From the NCBI GenBank assembly GCA_024704765.1, contig JAKMXF010000310.1, forward strand, positions 372,001 through 436,000: a DNA stretch of 64,000 nucleotides, read 5' to 3'. The position numbers and the translations under genes were made by a program. Below the pieces are notes generated by a model that searched no databases, had not been told where the DNA came from, and worked only from the letters and a program-made list of their open reading frames with translations. Source of the DNA: Oopsacas minuta (taxonomy: Eukaryota; Animalia; Porifera). Within the stretch, counting starts at the first letter, position 1, and every line of letters starts with the position of its first letter. Of this stretch, positions 1 to 11,013 are shown piece after piece.

Positions 1-441
1 GGTGTAGTCACATGAAATATATCTACTTGAATAAATAAATAATGGTATTAAGTGAGTATAGCGATGAGCATTGGGAGTGTTCACTTTCATAATCGCGTTA
101 AATAGAAGCTCAGGTGACTGCGATCATTACTTCGATATAACCGGAAATGGATATAAATAGTATTTAATCTAGATATTTGGCAAGGGGGGCAAAGGCCGCC
201 CTAAATGAAACCCTGTTCATGTATATCAAGGAGAGTTATTCGTGACTAGTGAAGATGTACTATTATACATCTATAGACTATAGACCTGAGCTTCATTCAA
301 TTAGTACAATCAGAATGCTAGATATAGTGGAAACCGCCTATTAGCAAATTGCATTTTACAGGAATTTTCCTTGCTATCACGCGAATTTTGCTGTTTAGAC
401 GAATTGCAAATAGGCGGTATACATTTAACAAGGGACATTAC

Positions 442-1244
442 CTTGAGAATGACGTCTTTAGGAGATACCCATCCACTCAGTATACCATTCAGATGTACTC
501 CTATTATTCTAGGACATTTGATCTCCCAAGGTAATCCTGCCATAACGTCTACTGCATCTGCTCCTCCTACTCCAATGCACAGTCCTCCTAGTCCCCCTCC
601 ATTTGGAGTGTGACTGTCTGTTCCTATTAGGAGCAGACCAGGGTATGCATAGTTCTCCAAACAGATTTGGTGTATAATCCCAGAACCTGGACGCCAGAAT
701 CCCACCCCGTACTTAGCTGAGGATGTAGCCAGGAAGTCATATACCTCCTTATTAGTCACCTAATAAGCAGATGGTAACACCTGACAGTGTTATGATACAG
801 GTATTATATATGCAGTACCTGTGCTCTCTGTAGATCAGCCTCTCCTCCAGTTTGAGCCTCAATAAGGTGGTCACAGTGTATAGTCGAGGGAACAGCCACA
901 CGATCTAGTCCACTGCTGATGAACTGTAGCATAGCCATCTGAGCGGTAGCGTCCTGCATGGCTACACGATCAGGTCTCAGATGCAAATAGGATTCACCAC
1001 GAACAATCTCTTGAGTCCCGACTTTGTCAAGATGTCCATACAATATCTTCTCAGACAGGGTGAGGGGACGATCCAGTCTATCTTGAACTGTTTGTATGTT
1101 ATTTTTCAGCTGCTGGTAGTCTATGAATATATCTTTATCGAATCTGCTGAGAGGAACATAGCTGGAGAGGAGAGGAGAGGTGTTAAGGAACCTCCCACAT
1201 CTGTGGAGAGAGGAGAACGTACGATTGATAGACAGTCGGAACAT
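442..1244 (-). CDS. ACO2: Mitochondrial aconitate hydratase, first two exons (gene continues beyond the window start)
   Basis: Exon 1244-839, GT..AG intron 838-760 (79 bp), exon 759-442, then a GTAATG donor. The joined protein has a presequence-like N-terminus and the motifs [51 protein letters not shown] and SPKDVILK. Confidence 0.96.
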
Positions 1245-1616
1245 ACAATAAATTAACCTAACTAAATATTGGAGAGAATTGTTAATAGACTAATAATGTA
1301 ATGAGAGTGACAAGTATAAATAACACTATAGGTATACGCAGGTAGAAGTTTATTAGGACTGTTCATAAAATGAATAAGTAGATCAATAGTGAAGTAACCT
1401 ATCCGAATAAATACAGAAAGTATTCTTTGGCATACAAGTGATACGTATATGCTACGTATATATGTGTGTAGCGCTGAGGACCATTGATCATACTAAGGGT
1501 GAGGAAATGAATAAATTTTGACAAGCTATGTCCCTTCAATTTTGCCAGGCCCGCTCAAAAATCATGTTTGCTGCTACGCCCATGGCTACAATGTCTACCA
1601 ACTGGCTTGTTCCTAA

Positions 1617-2640
1617 TTATAAATTTGAATTAGTATATTTATACAAGAACATATACCTTACTAAAATATTTGTAGACCAGGAATAGATGTAATGAACATA
1701 TTCCCAGATTGAGAAACACCGATACCTATCGGAAAGCAATTGTTCCTTCTCCATTTGTATTCCATCTATTCTATGGATCAGCTGTCCTGAGGGAGAGATT
1801 ATCTTGATATTGTACCAGCTGAAATATGTGATGAGGATATTTCCTGCTGGATCAAAACAAAAGCAGCAGCTATCAGTTGTACTACCATATTTCTTCTGAG
1901 AAATGCATGAGTTAAATAGCTGTCCACTTCTCGTGTAGAAGTGGACACAATTCGGACTCCTGTCTAGCACTACTATGCTGTTTGGAGTTATGTTTATATC
2001 ATTAGGATAATCCAGCCGTTGAGTACCAAAATAATTTAGGAATTCAAGATATTATTAGAAAACAGAAATTCTGTTATTATAGTAATCAGCTGCATACACG
2101 TCTCCGTTATAGTCGATACAGACTACGAGGCGATGATAGATAGTTCCCTCTCTTCTTCTCCTCTTGAACCAGCCCTCGTAACCTTGAAATCACTGAATTT
2201 GAACAATGCATGGAGTTTCCAGTCCGTAACGAAGATAAAGTGATCTGTTACTACTATACCGAATGGTTTTGAAAGTATGTCTTGTCCAAAACTAGTCACC
2301 AAGTTTCCCTCAAATGTAAACACTTGAATACGACAGTTGATCCTATCATATATGTATATCAGGTGATTAGGATCATATAGATTTAGACATTTAGCTCTCA
2401 TTGAGAAATTCCCTACAGCTATGACAGGCTGCTTTGTTGGAAATAATATTTAACTATTCCAGACTCTATTCTATACTTGTGAAACTTGAGAATACCAATC
2501 AACGGCAAGGGTTGCTAGGATAATTGTAGTAAAGTTGAATTATCCTATGTTGAAGTTGTGTAACCCACAGTTGAATATAATAACGAAAGGAAACCGCAGT
2601 CCCAGCACATAAATACCAACCAAGATCAAGAGAAAAGCGG
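1617..2640 (-). pseudogene. Disrupted NHL-repeat (beta-propeller) gene
   Basis: NHL blades appear in changing frames (IYIYDRINCRIQVFTFEG, KPFGIVVTDHFIFVTDW, VCIDYNGDVYAADYYNNRISVF, FCFDPAGNILIT), separated by stops and frameshifts. Same family as 8601-9875. Confidence 0.8.
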
Positions 2641-2780
2641 GATGGGTAGTATTTCAGCGGGTACATAGCATATTTGTACTAGTCTATTCTACTCAAAAGC
2701 GCGACAATTCAACTGTTTAGCAAGGTTTACCAGGACATGACACAAATACATGACCGAAAAATCGGGAACAGTTGGCAAAT

Positions 2781-3084
2781 GTTGTATCAAATTCTAATTT
2801 CTCAATTCTGAGATGTCACTTAACTTGTACTTATGATTTATCGTGATTATAAAGAAAGTAAACAGAATTCAATAAAACTTGGCCAAATACATCTAATATG
2901 CTGAATCTGATTTCACACATTTGAATTAATCATATGTAGATTTGTTGTTTTATGAATATATAATAAACAAATAGTAGAAATATATATGTATTAATTCATT
3001 TTGCAATTTTATACTTTGCTAAATTCGAGGCACGAAGTGCCGAGTTCCATGCGAACACAAAGTGTTCGCAAGCCGCGGCTCGTA
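2781..3084 (+). mobile_element. Helitron-like non-autonomous repeat, 5'-truncated copy
   Basis: Shares the core (ttatcgtg..aaagtaaacagaattcaataaaact..atgctgaatc..ttcacac) and the 3' block (cgaggcacg..GCGAACAC-aaa-GTGTTCGC..ggctcgta) with the other copies. Confidence 0.65.
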
Positions 3085-4235
3085 ATTAGTAAAGTTATAT
3101 CAGTAGATTTGTTACGATCTGAAATCACGAACAAACCAGGTGCACAGCTGCTAGTGGGATTTCGTCTCATCTCAGGGGCTCATTAGAATGGTGACCCTCA
3201 ACTCCATGACATCCAGGGTGGTCACGTTTCTTATTGCCTTGTCGCTACCTTCCTCCGTCTTCCCTATATCTCTTATACAGCGGCCCTAATACAGAAGAGT
3301 ACTTAATCTTAGTGGTTATGAAAAATAGCTAATAAATGGATTATTTAATTATTTTTCCAGGATTTTTGAAAATTTCAAAAATTCAAAATGCAAATTTGGA
3401 TTAGCGATTTATTACCTATATAAATTGTAATATCATGATTTGAATTGTGCCTAAACGAGGTGAAGGATGCTGGGGCATATCTTGAGATCGCAGAGCTCGA
3501 TGGCAAGAATAATTATTGCCTCACTATGATAGCGATTACAATAGGGAGATGAGGCAACGACCGACAAAGCGAGGAGGCAATTCCCTCCTCTGCCTTAATG
3601 CTAGTTACGCACTAGGGATGGCCGTTGGGATGTATTTGTAGCCAAATGGATTCCTCATGTATGAAAAATCCCCAAATTTCATTTTTGTAATTATAAGGGG
3701 CCTAGTTTTTCCTAGATAAGAATCATAAAACTTAACTTCTACAGCTAGCTTATAGTTAGTAGTCAATTAACAATTTCCTAGAAGCTGCATTTGTGAGGTC
3801 TTGAGGTTATAGTTCCCGGACGCTCTTAAATTATACATTTCTGGTAAGTGGTGATGACCTGGTTGAAATTTGCTTGCTATGAGCTAATTATGCAATCAAC
3901 TACTTCAATGATTGATTCATGATTTTTTCCGTCAAATACAAACCAGCTAAATAACTTACGCCAATTATGATATACATGCTAATTCTGCTAATTCTATGAT
4001 GAAACTCTCTTGAATAATTATATTTGGTTTCAAATTAATTAATTAATAATCTTTTGTGAAATCATTATTTTCTGATATATCGTTTGCACTGTACATATTT
4101 TACAGCTGATCTCTGTTGAGATACTATACTATTATATATACGTAGTTTTGATTTATTAGAAACAAAAATTAAATTATTTATTCTTTGGTTATTTATGATG
4201 TACAAACATTTAGTCCAATCAGATTGAAATTTCAA

Positions 4236-6773
4236 ATGACAGAATACGAAGATATGACAGATACCAATGCAAATGATAGATTCTCACAAGATGAGTTAGA
4301 TGATCAGGAGAGTCTTAAGATTAAGTATATATACATGGATGATAAGAAAATCGATGAACTGGAGTCACTTGTAGAAGCAGGGGCTGACTACCTTGATGGC
4401 CATAACACAGGCGAATCTGTTCTAGAAAAATGCGTTAGGTTAAATAGACGCACACTGTATAACACCGTGTTAGAGAGGTATGCTAAAGAAAAGGATGAGA
4501 TTATGAAGAGTAATTTCAAATTTCAAATCAAACGAGCTTTGTTGATAGCTGCTCGAACTATGAATGATGAATTTATTAATTTAATCCTGGAACAAGAGGG
4601 TATAGATTATAACTTATTTGATATAGCTGAAAACGACGGTTGGAAAGTACTTGACAAATTAAATATTCAGGATTTCGATCAACTAAATTCTGCTAATGCT
4701 ACAATGCTACACACATCTGCATTGAAAGGTCAGAGTACAACTGTCAGATATTTACTTGAGAGAGGAGCTAATCCAAATATTTTAGAACGGTGTGGGGGCA
4801 CACCTCTAACAATGGCATTGCTTGGAAACGATAAAGACCCACAAAATGATTTGACACTATCTCTTCTAATCGAAAACTCTGACTTAAGCGTACCTACACT
4901 GCAAGATAATATGAGTATTCTTCATTTGTTTGCTTATGAAGGTAATTATGAATATATCCAGAGACTGATAGAGCTGGGAGCAGATCCTAACGTTTTTGAC
5001 AATGACGGGAATACTCCTCTTTGCGATGCTGCAGCGCTTGGACTTACTTTAGTTGTTAGGGCTTTAGTAAAGAATGGAGCTAAAATATCTATGACAGACA
5101 GATATTCCAAGACTGCATTAGATAAGGCTTTAGAGGAAAGAAATGATGAAACCAGTGCTATGCTAATACGTCTTAATCCAGATTACAATTGTATTGCAAG
5201 ATATATACATAAATATGAGGAAGATTACGGGATTGAGAAACTGATTAAAACTCGCCAAAAGAAAACATTATTAGCTCTTCTTGACAGATCTGAAGCTGAG
5301 TACTTCTGGACAGAAGGAGATCTGCGAGGAGGTAAGTTATTTTGGAGTGTAGAAGAATGGCAGAAAGGAGGAATATTAGAAGCATTGGATAGATGGGATG
5401 AAGAGGATTTGCTCTACCATGGAACTATTCGTATACTAGTTGATATAAAAATGAGAAGTTTCGGGTTTAAATACTTAGCTCTGCAAATGGCATCCTATCT
5501 TCTATTTTTGCTAGCGCTTTCTTACAGTTTGGTACAAGCTTCTACTGTAGGATCACCTAGAGATACGTATACACAAGGCGCATGGAACATACTAAGGATC
5601 CTGAGTGACCTGTTTGTACTGGCGTATTGTTGTCATAATGTTGTAACAGAGGGGATAGAAATATCCCGTATTATGCGTAATACACACATCTATTTGAAAA
5701 GTAAAGATAACTCAGAAAGCACTGTTAAGAAACGGAAACTCAGAGGCAAAATGTATAATATATTTTGTATAAGAGTACTGGTTGACTACTTTTCTAATCT
5801 CTCCAATGTATTTGACGTGTTAGGACTGGCTATGCTGTTTCTACTGATGATACTACGAATAGCTAATCAACCAGTAGAATGGGTATTTGCTACGATTGCA
5901 TTCCTCCTAAATGCTGCTCGACTCTTCAAGTTAATTGTCCTTATTCCTGAACTCGGCCCTTATGCTACGATAATATTCAGGATTCTAATTCATGACGTTC
6001 CTCTATTCCTAAGTCTCTTCTTAGTGAATCTCCTTATCTTTACAGGGGGCTACGTCATTGCCCTCAGGACCCCTTACACCCCTGAGGGGGTTAGCAACGT
6101 CTCTCTATTCCAGGACACTACTCGTACTCCTGGGATAGATGATGGTGTTAAAAGTGTGTTCCTTTCTGGTGTAAGGATCTTATTACAGGGTAACGTGTAT
6201 GAAGATGATTATTTAGACACTCAGTTGAATTGGCTAGCAGCTATCATATATCTTGCATTCCTATTCCTGACTGTTGTCGTGCTGCTTAATGTGTTTATTG
6301 CTCAGCTCTCCGACAGGTATGCTATTGTCAAGGAGAGAGCTAACCAACTCTATGATAGACAAAAACTGCGATTTATCGTCCAAACTGAAACTACTTCATT
6401 GTTATCAGCATTTGACAAATGTAAACAAAACTATAAAGTAAAAGACAGAGAATTATTACCCGATGATTTGCTAGAATATTTCCATTGCTCAGACCTAGAT
6501 ATTATGAATAATGAAGCAATCAATTCCCTTAGAGATCTCAAGCACTATAAACAACCATCTCCAATAAAGTACAAGAAACGGAATAATGAAGAGGTAAATG
6601 AACAAGTTTGGGATAACAAAAAGGAAATGGAGAATAATATAGTGAGGAAATTTGAAGAGAGTAATATGGCATTGGATCAAAAGTTTGAGCAAAAGTTGCA
6701 AAACAATGAAAATTTGCTAAAGTTAGCATTAGAAAAGCTGAATGCTATTGAAGAGAAGCTTTCTAAATTGTAA
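4236..6773 (+). CDS. Ankyrin-repeat TRP cation channel (TRPA/TRPV-like), single exon
   Basis: Several ankyrin repeats (TMLHTSALKGQ, GGTPLTMA, SILHLFAYEGN, GNTPLCDAAALG), about six TM helices, an S4-S5 linker LGPYATIIFRIL, S6 VVLLNVFIAQLSDRY and a C-terminal coiled coil. First ATG is at 4236; the ORF track starts at a TTG at 4185. Confidence 0.92.
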   Translation: MTEYEDMTDTNANDRFSQDELDDQESLKIKYIYMDDKKIDELESLVEAGADYLDGHNTGESVLEKCVRLNRRTLYNTVLERYAKEKDEIMKSNFKFQIKRALLIAARTMNDEFINLILEQEGIDYNLFDIAENDGWKVLDKLNIQDFDQLNSANATMLHTSALKGQSTTVRYLLERGANPNILERCGGTPLTMALLGNDKDPQNDLTLSLLIENSDLSVPTLQDNMSILHLFAYEGNYEYIQRLIELGADPNVFDNDGNTPLCDAAALGLTLVVRALVKNGAKISMTDRYSKTALDKALEERNDETSAMLIRLNPDYNCIARYIHKYEEDYGIEKLIKTRQKKTLLALLDRSEAEYFWTEGDLRGGKLFWSVEEWQKGGILEALDRWDEEDLLYHGTIRILVDIKMRSFGFKYLALQMASYLLFLLALSYSLVQASTVGSPRDTYTQGAWNILRILSDLFVLAYCCHNVVTEGIEISRIMRNTHIYLKSKDNSESTVKKRKLRGKMYNIFCIRVLVDYFSNLSNVFDVLGLAMLFLLMILRIANQPVEWVFATIAFLLNAARLFKLIVLIPELGPYATIIFRILIHDVPLFLSLFLVNLLIFTGGYVIALRTPYTPEGVSNVSLFQDTTRTPGIDDGVKSVFLSGVRILLQGNVYEDDYLDTQLNWLAAIIYLAFLFLTVVVLLNVFIAQLSDRYAIVKERANQLYDRQKLRFIVQTETTSLLSAFDKCKQNYKVKDRELLPDDLLEYFHCSDLDIMNNEAINSLRDLKHYKQPSPIKYKKRNNEEVNEQVWDNKKEMENNIVRKFEESNMALDQKFEQKLQNNENLLKLALEKLNAIEEKLSKL

Positions 6774-7128
6774 CTGCATACATTGCCCCATTAGAACGTG
6801 TGTTTGTGTGTGTGTCTATTAGTTCTCATCATCTATATATTTATAAAGCATGTATTTTCGATATTCCTCTTTAATTAACACAGGCTGTGACTCTCTAAAT
6901 CATAGGCGTCAATTGTGCCAAAGTCCTTATTGTAATACAATCCCGAATATAATAACAAAATCAACTAAACAGCATAACAGCACAGCAGTAAACCAGTTAA
7001 CCGCTAGAATGATTAGCCTAAAAACAAAAGGATATTCTTGACTATAATTGAGAATATCTATTCACAATTACTATATTTGCCATTATGATACGATAGTACC
7101 TGACAAATATACAAAATTATTTATGGAT

Positions 7129-7948
7129 CATGGCCTACTATACACGGCTAGCTAAGCAAAGAATTGCCAAAATAATTTCTAGGCCATTGAATATATTCTC
7201 TTTGATCATGAAGAATTACAGTTATCATTACAAATTCAACTGTAAATAGGTTTCCACATATGGTGGAGACATCTAGAATACTTTTGAACCTGCTTTCCAA
7301 GTTATTTTAACCACAATGACGCAATCAAAGTTCACCTTCAATAATGGTAATTATTTTACTAATAAATACAAATATTATCTAAAAACTCACAAATCCCAAG
7401 AAATGAATCATTATTCGTATTAACTTAGCACAAAAACACAATAGAAAGACTGTATTAAAATACAATTATAAAAATGGTAAACAATTATGACTTATTTTGT
7501 GTTCGCATACATTTTTTGATGGAATTTCTTTGATTTTCTAGGATTGACTTTTTAATGCGGTTTTTACGGCGAATATCACTAAAATGATTATTTAACGAGT
7601 GTTTATAAAATGAAGATCATCTTTTGGTTACTTAAACTAACAATTAACAAGTAGAAGGTATTTTGATAAAAAGGAGTAGTTTAAGTTTAGAGAATTTCTG
7701 AAAAAATTGATAAAAATGAAAAAATTATCATATATGGGCATGAACTTTGATTACGTTATTGTGGTTAAAATAACTTGGAAAGCAGGTTCAAAAGTATTCT
7801 AGATGTCTCCACTACATGTGGAATCCTATTTACAGTTGGATTTGTTATGATAACTGCAATTCTTCATGATCAAACAGAATATAATCAATGGCCTGGATAT
7901 TATTTTGGCAATTCTTTGCTTAGCTAGCCGTGTATATAGTAGGCCATG
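7129..7948. mobile_element. Foldback/MITE-like element with about 206-bp inverted arms
   Basis: 7129-7334 is the near reverse complement of 7741-7948 (CATGGCCTACTATACACGGCTAGCTAAGC... to ...GCTTAGCTAGCCGTGTATATAGTAGGCCATG), with a roughly 400-bp AT-rich non-coding spacer. Confidence 0.8.
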
Positions 7949-8209
7949 GATTCAGCAAATTAGGTGTATTTGGCCAAATTTTATTGAATTCTGTTTACTT
8001 TCTTTATAATCACGATAAATCATAAGTACATAGTTAAGAGACATCTCAGAGTTGAGAAATTAGAATCCGATACAACATTCCATAAATCATTTCCTTGACA
8101 ACGAACGAACAAACAGACAGACAGGCAGACAGACAGACAGACAGGCAGACAGACAGACAGACAGACAGGCAGACAGACGAACAACAATGGCAATTTAATA
8201 ATATATAGA
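7949..8209 (-). mobile_element. Helitron-like repeat, 3'-truncated copy with an expanded (GACA/GGCA)n microsatellite
   Basis: Minus-strand 5' end reads A|TCTATATATTATTAAATTG followed by (TGTC)n at about 8110-8180. Core is very similar to 2781-2910. Confidence 0.7.
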
Positions 8210-8600
8210 TTTTAAAAAATCTACTATTATCAAGCCCAATAAATAAAATATGCAATTGTTATTCTTTCCATAAGCAATCGTTGAATGAACTCTATTTTGA
8301 TTCTGCTTGTGAAGTATTTGATCGAATTTAATCAATTCAATCAATAATTTGACTTGTGTAACTGTATACCATATGTATGAAGTATTTGTGTTGTGAGTTT
8401 GCATAGTAACATACACTACATTTGTAACCTACTATAGGTCGGATATGATGTTACAGCAGTAGGTGAATAAAGAATATTCCCTGATGATTCCAATTTTAGC
8501 TATAAAGAAAATTAAATACCGTTTCACAGCAGTTTAATCTATCTAGTAAAAACTATAATAATAAAATAATAGCAATTGACACTTCCTATACTTACAGTGA

Positions 8601-9875
8601 CTAAAAGAATTGTACACAATTAGTATCCTTCTGACACACAACTATAATGCGTCCTGTGTTGTCCAGCAGTATTCCCCATGGTTTCATGAACTCCCCTATA
8701 TCCCGACCTGTCTTCCCAAACTTGTGTATCTGTTCTCCCTCCTGACTGAATACATACACACAGTCATTATTGAAGTCACTCATAATGATGTTGAAGTTGT
8801 TATCTATGTCAAATGAAAGTGATTTGCTTGTTTGTTTACCAGTACCTCGAGTTATCAATCTATTGATAAACTCGTGATTTGTATTGAACACGAGCATACA
8901 CGGATCATTACTATCTAGCACAAATACTCGGCCTAGCTTAACTTTGATGTCAACTGGATATTTGAAAACATTTTTACCACAAAGGGTAGCCTGAAACTCG
9001 AGATCTTTTGTGAATATTTGAACTCTTTTATTTTCTGAATCACAAACATACACATTCTTTGTTTTGTAAGATTCAGCTACACCGTAAGGACAGATGAATT
9101 GAGCTTCTGCTTTCCCGTAGCTACCAACACTTTTGATTAGTTTCCCATCCAGTTTGTATTTATTTATACAATTACTACCGTGTTGTGTAACAAATACGTT
9201 TGTTTCAGTTACACAAATACCAAGAGGATAAGTCATCTTTTCGCTGAACATAAAGAGATAGTCCCCGTTACTACTGAATACTTGTACACGATGGTTGTTC
9301 ATATCCACTATGTAAATAGAGCCAGTTCCTTTCGTGATTCCTATCCCACGAGTATTGTTCATTTCTCCTGGAAGTTTTGTGTCAGTAGACCTCTTGCAGC
9401 AGTAGGCAGTAGGCAGCTGTTTAGTCTTGTAGTCTATTGCAATAGGATTTCTTTTAGGAGATAAGGTAGGGCTGGGGGATTGGTTAGACTGAGAATTTAG
9501 CTTTATACTTCCTAGCCGTTCAATACCAGCCTCAAATAGATTGTCCCATTCGAATTCAATGCTCCTGCCTGTATCCACTGATAATTCCTGTATTTTATTG
9601 TTAATCAATGCTTCTACTCCTCGATGAGTGTCTGCTAATATATTTGAGGTTAATGTATCTGCACTGAATAATTTGTTTTTATTCAAAGTTTCTAACAATT
9701 CTTGCATTTCCTCTGTTTTCCGTTTATATTCTTTCTCTATTTCATCTACACGACAGAGGAGATAACTCTCCCTGTTTTGTAGAGCTTGATATGATCTCTT
9801 GAAGCTGTTTTGAATTTTCTTTCTAGTCTCTTGTATCTGGTTTGGGAAATCAAAATCTACACCTGCAGTAGCCAT
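8601..9875 (-). CDS. Coiled-coil plus NHL-repeat protein (TRIM-NHL-like, no RING or B-box), single exon
   Basis: 424 aa with an N-terminal coiled coil and about six NHL blades (IYIVDMNNHRVQVFS, FICPYGVA, VYVCDSENKRVQIFT, FMKPWGILLD). Confidence 0.88.
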   Translation of the reverse strand: MATAGVDFDFPNQIQETRKKIQNSFKRSYQALQNRESYLLCRVDEIEKEYKRKTEEMQELLETLNKNKLFSADTLTSNILADTHRGVEALINNKIQELSVDTGRSIEFEWDNLFEAGIERLGSIKLNSQSNQSPSPTLSPKRNPIAIDYKTKQLPTAYCCKRSTDTKLPGEMNNTRGIGITKGTGSIYIVDMNNHRVQVFSSNGDYLFMFSEKMTYPLGICVTETNVFVTQHGSNCINKYKLDGKLIKSVGSYGKAEAQFICPYGVAESYKTKNVYVCDSENKRVQIFTKDLEFQATLCGKNVFKYPVDIKVKLGRVFVLDSNDPCMLVFNTNHEFINRLITRGTGKQTSKSLSFDIDNNFNIIMSDFNNDCVYVFSQEGEQIHKFGKTGRDIGEFMKPWGILLDNTGRIIVVCQKDTNCVQFF

Positions 9876-10262
9876 TTTGAAACGATTGGCTTATGATTTC
9901 GTTTACTGGATTTATATCTCAAATTTAGCCTAACAATGAGTTTCTTAATAAGTATTGGCTATTCAGACTATTCCATACAAATCTGTAATAAAATCTTGAC
10001 TAAGTAATCACATGCTTGCTCAAGGTTACTCCTATATTGGAAATGTTGTCTGATGTATATCACATGATTTATGCTATCATGCATCACTGCGAGGAAAATT
10101 ATCTAATACATATAAATTACAGGTATTAACGTCGTTTTATATTGAGTATCAAGTCCAGGCAAAACGATAACAAAAGCTGGACGATCCCCTTTTTGTCACG
10201 TTTCAGCTGGGTATTACATCCAACAAATATCCAAATTTGGGGCAGTAATTACTTATCTACAT

Positions 10263-10610
10263 CTAAGTTGACTAATTCATTGAAAAATCGTCAAGAATAA
10301 TGAATAATTCTTTTTGAATAATTCTTTTTGAATTTATACATTATTCTTTTTGAAGAGTTGATTAATTAATGGGTTTATACAATTCATAATGATATTGAAT
10401 AATATATGTCAGTGTCGCGAATTCTGAACCACTAGGGGACTAGAGAAACTGTTCGTAATATAGAGAATTCATATTTATCAACTCGACTTAATACAAATCC
10501 TATTTATACATTAAAATTGGGGCAAGAAGGTTATTAATTCAAAAAGAATTATTCATTTTTAACCTAATGAATAATGAATTATTCAATAATTCATGAATTA
10601 GTCAACTTAG
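10263..10610. mobile_element. MITE with CTAAGTTGACTAATTCAT TIRs and an 8-bp TSD
   Basis: Perfect 18-bp TIRs; ATCTACAT at both 10255-10262 and 10611-10618. Confidence 0.85.
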
Positions 10611-11013
10611 ATCTACATTGAATTAGTTATGATCAATTGCTTAAAACAATTTACCATATTGATAAACGACAATTATAGTTGGACATGCACATGGTATATC
10701 AAAGAATTCAAAGTATGTCAACTGGAGTCAAACCTCAGTTGTCTGTTTGATTGCAGTTGACAAGTTTGAACAGGGCAGATTCGGTTCACTTGTTAACCAG
10801 TTGATCGACTGCTATGAGAAATATTTCGGTCGTTTCCACCAATTTCTTCATTATCCCAAGGATCTTGAGCTGGTAACCTCAGGAATTAGGAGAGGTTGTA
10901 TCCGGCATTAATATTTCTAACAATGAAGAATATTAAAAGAAGGTAAGAATACAATTTAGGACAGAAACTAATGTATAACACATCACAATTTTAATATAGC
11001 ATCCTCTATGCAT

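Noticed and set aside
310-441. C-terminal part of ORF 310-759 as aconitase sequence
   Set aside because: Similarity ends at KDVILK, followed by a GTAATG donor; the rest is intron read-through.
8046-8255. ORF with VCLS repeats
   Set aside because: It is the translation of the (GACA)n microsatellite inside a Helitron-like copy.
10666-10910. Open frame on + and an ankyrin-like NQTDN*GLTPVDI on -
   Set aside because: No usable start, stops on the minus frame, and similarity too short to support.
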